A stretch of 18,232 bases of DNA. It comes from a virus. Taxonomy: Duplodnaviria; Heunggongvirae; Uroviricota; Caudoviricetes. This document shows positions 15,512-18,232 of this stretch, one piece after another. The position numbers and the translations under genes are program-made. The stretch is from the IMG/VR virus record IMGVR_UViG_2698536647_000012; one strand, 5' to 3'. The notes under the pieces are model-generated. The model was not told the DNA's origin and did not search any database. It was given only the letters and a program-made list of their open reading frames with translations. Positions within the stretch are counted from its first letter, which is position 1. Every line of letters begins with the position of its first letter.

Positions 15512-15554
15512 GCGATATTTTGCATCCAGCGTTTGACCTCTGCGGAGGTGAAGC

Positions 15555-16010
15555 GTGAACCTCCCACAAGACGGCATCAAATTACATCGCGGTAACTTCA
15601 CCGCTATCGGTCGGCAGATCCAGCCTTATCTGGAGGACGGTAAATGCTTTCGCATGGTGCTTAAACCGTGGCGCGAGAGACGCAGTCTTTCCCAGAATGC
15701 ACTCAGCCACATGTGGTACAGCGAAATCAGTGAATACCTCATCAGCAGGGGTAAAACGTTCGCCACTCCAGCTTGGGTAAAAGATGCTCTCAAACACACT
15801 TATCTCGGTTATGAAACCAAAGAACTGGTTGATGTCGTAACCGGTGAAATCACCACCATTCAGTCATTACGTCATACCTCCAATCTTGATACCGGAGAGA
15901 TGTATGTCTTCCTGTGTAAGGTTGAAGCCTGGGCGATGAATATTGGCTGCCACCTGACTATTCCGCAGAGCTGCGAGTTCCAGCTGCTCCGCGACAAGCA
16001 GGAGGCGTAA
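15555..16010 (+). CDS. ybcN: NinB/Orf-family recombination protein (YbcN-like)
   Basis: 151-aa ORF with GTG start and SD GGAGGTG. Contains the NinB-like RSLSQN motif. Gene order ybcN-ninE-ybcO-rusA-ylcG-Q matches the DLP12-type nin region. Confidence 0.65.
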   Translation: MNLPQDGIKLHRGNFTAIGRQIQPYLEDGKCFRMVLKPWRERRSLSQNALSHMWYSEISEYLISRGKTFATPAWVKDALKHTYLGYETKELVDVVTGEITTIQSLRHTSNLDTGEMYVFLCKVEAWAMNIGCHLTIPQSCEFQLLRDKQEA

Positions 16011-16180
16011 TGGCTACACCGCTTATTCGTGTCATGAACGGACACATCTACAGAGTATCAAATCGTCGTAAGCGTAAGCCTGAGCTGAAGCCATCCGAAA
16101 TACCAACACTGCTCGGATATACCGCTAGCCTGGTTGATAAAAAATGGTTGCGACTGGCAGCAAGGAGGAATCATGGCTGA
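16010..16180 (+). CDS. ninE: NinE-like small protein (56 aa)
   Basis: Hand-translated [59 protein letters not shown] overlaps the ybcN stop. C-terminal W-L-R-rich segment resembles lambda NinE. Confidence 0.6.
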   Translation: MATPLIRVMNGHIYRVSNRRKRKPELKPSEIPTLLGYTASLVDKKWLRLAARRNHG

Positions 16181-16463
16181 TTTGAGAAAAGCAGCGCGTG
16201 GTCGGGAATGCCAGGTAAGAATCCCTGGCGTATGTAATGGCAATTCTGAGACGTCTGTACTGGCACATATCCGGCTGGCTGGATTGTGCGGTACCGGTAT
16301 CAAACCGCCAGACCTGATTGCCACCATTGCATGTTCTGCCTGCCACGACGAAATCGACCGCCGCACACATTTTGTCGATGCTGCATATGCAAAAGAATGC
16401 GCGCTGGAAGGTATGGCGAGAACACAGGTTATCTGGCTGAAAGAGGGGGTTATTAAGGCGTGA
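16173..16463 (+). CDS. ybcO: YbcO-like putative nuclease (DUF1364, Cys-rich)
   Basis: ATG at 16173 preceded by AGGAGG; product [24 protein letters not shown]... recognised as the DLP12 YbcO family. The track ORF 16134..16463 starts at an upstream TTG. Confidence 0.75.
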   Translation: MADLRKAARGRECQVRIPGVCNGNSETSVLAHIRLAGLCGTGIKPPDLIATIACSACHDEIDRRTHFVDAAYAKECALEGMARTQVIWLKEGVIKA

Positions 16464-16822
16464 ATACCTACAGCATCACATTACCCTGGCCTCCGAGCAA
16501 TAATCGCTATTACCGCCATAATCGCGGGCGCACGCACATCAGCGCAGAGGGGCAGGCATACCGCGATAACGTCGCCCGAATCATTAAAAACGCAATGCTA
16601 GATATCGGCCTGGCTATGCCTGTGAAAATCCGCATTGAGTGCCACATGCCGGATCGCCGTCGCCGTGACCTGGATAATCTGCAAAAAGCCGCTTTTGACG
16701 CACTCACTAAAGCAGGTTTCTGGCTGGATGATGCTCAGGTCGTTGATTACCGCGTTGTGAAGATGCCTGTTACCAAAGGTGGGAGGCTGGAACTGACCAT
16801 CACCGAAATGGGGAATGAATGA
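16460..16822 (+). CDS. rusA: RusA Holliday-junction resolvase
   Basis: 120-aa ORF recognised as RusA ([25 protein letters not shown]...); GTG start overlapping the ybcO stop. Confidence 0.92.
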   Translation: MNTYSITLPWPPSNNRYYRHNRGRTHISAEGQAYRDNVARIIKNAMLDIGLAMPVKIRIECHMPDRRRRDLDNLQKAAFDALTKAGFWLDDAQVVDYRVVKMPVTKGGRLELTITEMGNE

Positions 16823-16959
16823 TGTTTGAGTTTAATATGGCAGAACTTCTTCGCCACCGCTGGGGGCGTCTGCGCTTATATCGTTTCCCCGGTTCTGTTT
16901 TGACCGATTACCGAATACTGAAGAATTACGCCAAAACACTGACAGGAGCAGGAGTATGA
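16819..16959 (+). CDS. ylcG: Small protein YlcG-like (46 aa)
   Basis: Hand-translated [46 protein letters not shown]; start overlaps the rusA stop; same position as ylcG in DLP12. Confidence 0.5.
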   Translation: MMFEFNMAELLRHRWGRLRLYRFPGSVLTDYRILKNYAKTLTGAGV

Positions 16960-17044
16960 AGTCAGAGATAACAATCAACTAATACTGTTTTGTTGATTTT
17001 TGCTTGTAATTGGCGTTCTGGTCTGAGTTTTGTGGAGTAAGTTG

Positions 17045-17422
17045 ATGCGTGATATTCAGATGGTTCTTGAGCGTTGGGGAGCGTGGGCGGCTAATAATCA
17101 TGAAGATGTGACCTGGTCGTCCATTGCCGCCGGTTTTAAGGGATTAATTCCTTCAAAGGTAAAATCTCGCCCACAATGTTGTGACGATGACGCGATGATC
17201 ATTTGCGGGTGCATGGCCCGTCTGAAAAAGAACAACAGCGATTTGCATGATTTATTGGTGGACTATTATGTCGGCGGCATGACTTTTATGGCGCTTGCAC
17301 GTAAGCATGGGCGATCTGATTGTTGGGTTGGCAGGATGCTTCAGAAAGCTGAGGGCGTAGTGGAGGGTATGCTGATGGTGTTGGATCTCCGATTGGAGAT
17401 GGATGCTGATTGTTCGAAATAA
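17045..17422 (+). CDS. quuD: Late antiterminator Q (phage 82 / DLP12 QuuD type)
   Basis: Track ORF 17030..17422 begins at a TTG; the ATG giving [22 protein letters not shown]... is the likely start. Sequence recognised as QuuD/Q82-like, followed by a pR'-like promoter and terminator. My hand count of the printed sequence is 1 nt out of register with the track here, so the start is given in the track frame. Confidence 0.85.
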   Translation: MRDIQMVLERWGAWAANNHEDVTWSSIAAGFKGLIPSKVKSRPQCCDDDAMIICGCMARLKKNNSDLHDLLVDYYVGGMTFMALARKHGRSDCWVGRMLQKAEGVVEGMLMVLDLRLEMDADCSK

Positions 17423-17434
17423 TTAAAGGAAAAG

Positions 17435-17463
17435 TTGCTGTCTGATTGTCATTAGTCTAACAT
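17435..17463 (+). promoter_or_regulatory. pR' late promoter candidate (-35 TTGCTG, 17-bp spacer, -10 TAACAT)
   Basis: Promoter-like hexamers immediately downstream of Q with a short leader to the tR' hairpin; the qut site is expected to overlap. Confidence 0.4.
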
Positions 17464-17520
17464 TTTAAATGTTGGAATCGCAACGTAGTTATTATCATAT
17501 AACAGCTTGTTTCCTGATTT

Positions 17521-17549
17521 AGCCAGCCTCCCCAAAGGCTGGTTTTTTT
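17521..17549 (+). terminator. tR'-like intrinsic terminator (CCAGCC-tccccaaa-GGCTGG then T7)
   Basis: 6-bp GC-rich stem followed by TTTTTTT on the plus strand, about 60 nt downstream of the pR' candidate; also lies just past the 3' end of the convergent lipocalin gene. Confidence 0.7.
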
Positions 17550-17577
17550 CTAATAAGTATTATTTCGGGTAGGGATT

Positions 17578-17933
17578 TTATTGTTTAACCCATAATAATT
17601 CATTGACATTGAATCCCAACTTTTGAGCGGTTCGCACATAGTCTGCTTTTACTTTATCTGGAATAGTTGGGGTCCTTGCCAGAATCCATAGGTATTCTCT
17701 GTTCGGACCACTGACAAGAGCATACTTATACTCATCATCCAGTTTGATTACATTATAGCCACCATAGAAGGGGCCAAAAAACGAAACCTTCAATGCTGCA
17801 GTTTTAGTATCTCCAGTAAAGTATGCTTTACCTTCGCTCTCGCTCCATTTATTTTTCGTTGGATCGTATCCACGGTTAAGTACACGAATCCCTCCGTCGT
17901 TCCGTTTTCCATAAGTAGCGCTGACCTGTTCCA
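17578..17933 (-). pseudogene. Blc-like bacterial lipocalin, 5'-truncated by IS3 insertion
   Basis: Translation aligns with the C-terminal two-thirds of E. coli lipocalin Blc (ATYGKRNDGGIRVLNRGYDP...SEGKAYFTGD...ALKVSFFGPFYGGYNVI...YLWILARTPTI). The reading frame runs straight into the IS3 terminal inverted repeat, so the signal peptide and N-terminal strands are missing. Confidence 0.75.
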
Positions 17934-18232
17934 TGATCTTACCCAGCAATAGTGGACACGCGGCTAAGTGAGTAAACTCTCAGTCAGAGGTGACTCACAT
18001 GACAAAAACAGTATCAACCAGTAAAAAACCCCGTAAACAGCATTCGCCTGAATTTCGCAGTGAAGCCCTGAAGCTTGCTGAACGCATCGGTGTTACTGCC
18101 GCAGCCCGTGAACTCAGCCTGTATGAATCACAGCTCTACAACTGGCGCAGTAAACAGCAAAATCAGCAGACGTCTTCTGAACGTGAACTGGAGATGTCTA
18201 CCGAGATTGCACGTCTCAAACGCCAGCTGGCA
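17934..18232 (+). mobile_element. IS3-family insertion sequence, left end (continues beyond the window)
   Basis: Terminal inverted repeat TGATCTTACCCAGCAATAGTGGACAC followed by the orfA start; recognised as E. coli IS3. Confidence 0.9.
17999..18232 (+). CDS. insE: IS3 transposase OrfA (InsE), 5' part, partial at window end
   Basis: ATG at 17999; product MTKTVSTSKKPRKQHSPEFRSEALKLAERIGVTAAARELSLYESQLYNWRSKQQ... recognised as IS3 OrfA; ORF is open to the window end. Confidence 0.9.
   Translation, partial: MTKTVSTSKKPRKQHSPEFRSEALKLAERIGVTAAARELSLYESQLYNWRSKQQNQQTSSERELEMSTEIARLKRQLA

Larger units (their letters stand above)
1331..18232. mobile_element. Lambdoid prophage, left end at attL; right end lies beyond the window
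   Basis: Continuous phage gene order from attL-int-xis through recombination, immunity, replication, nin and Q modules. Host DNA (ybhC) lies immediately left of the att core. Confidence 0.9.

Noticed and set aside
15385-15797. Minus-strand ORFs (60 and 71 aa) over repeat copy B and the ybcN start
   Set aside because: The 60-aa ORF covers the nucleotide-level repeat and is not conserved as protein in copy A; the 71-aa ORF is antisense to ybcN.
16058-16707. Minus-strand ORFs (102, 81 and 65 aa) across ninE, ybcO and rusA
   Set aside because: Antisense to a recognisable, tightly overlapping nin gene series.

Overview
This window is the left arm of a lambda-family prophage integrated at the classical attB-lambda site beside the host gene ybhC. 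Left to right: ybhC (complete, minus strand); attL with the intact 15-bp lambda core; lambda-type int and xis; a leftward early operon with lambda-type exo, bet and gam plus small accessory ORFs; a non-lambda immunity region (LexA-like S24 repressor, YdaS-like Cro, YdaT-like protein in the cII position, operators built from GTTGTT/AACAAC half-sites, near-identical pL and pR); lambda-type O and P with non-lambda iterons inside O; a 3'-truncated ren followed by a visibly AT-rich island of about 2.4 kb encoding a NACHT-type STAND NTPase; a Bro-N/Roi-like module bounded by two copies of a ~100-bp repeat; a DLP12/phage-82-like nin region (ybcN, ninE, ybcO, rusA, ylcG) and Q antiterminator with pR'/tR'; then a Blc-like lipocalin gene cut by an IS3 element that runs off the window. 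The NACHT NTPase island is the strongest candidate for an undescribed prophage-borne anti-phage system; further accessory cargo includes a 4-TM membrane protein between xis and the recombination genes and a lipoprotein in the rex position. Protein identifications rest on motifs read in the supplied translations and on recalled family sequences, not on database searches. Coordinates of CDSs follow the supplied ORF track; coordinates of small motifs were counted by hand and may be off by 1-2 bp.
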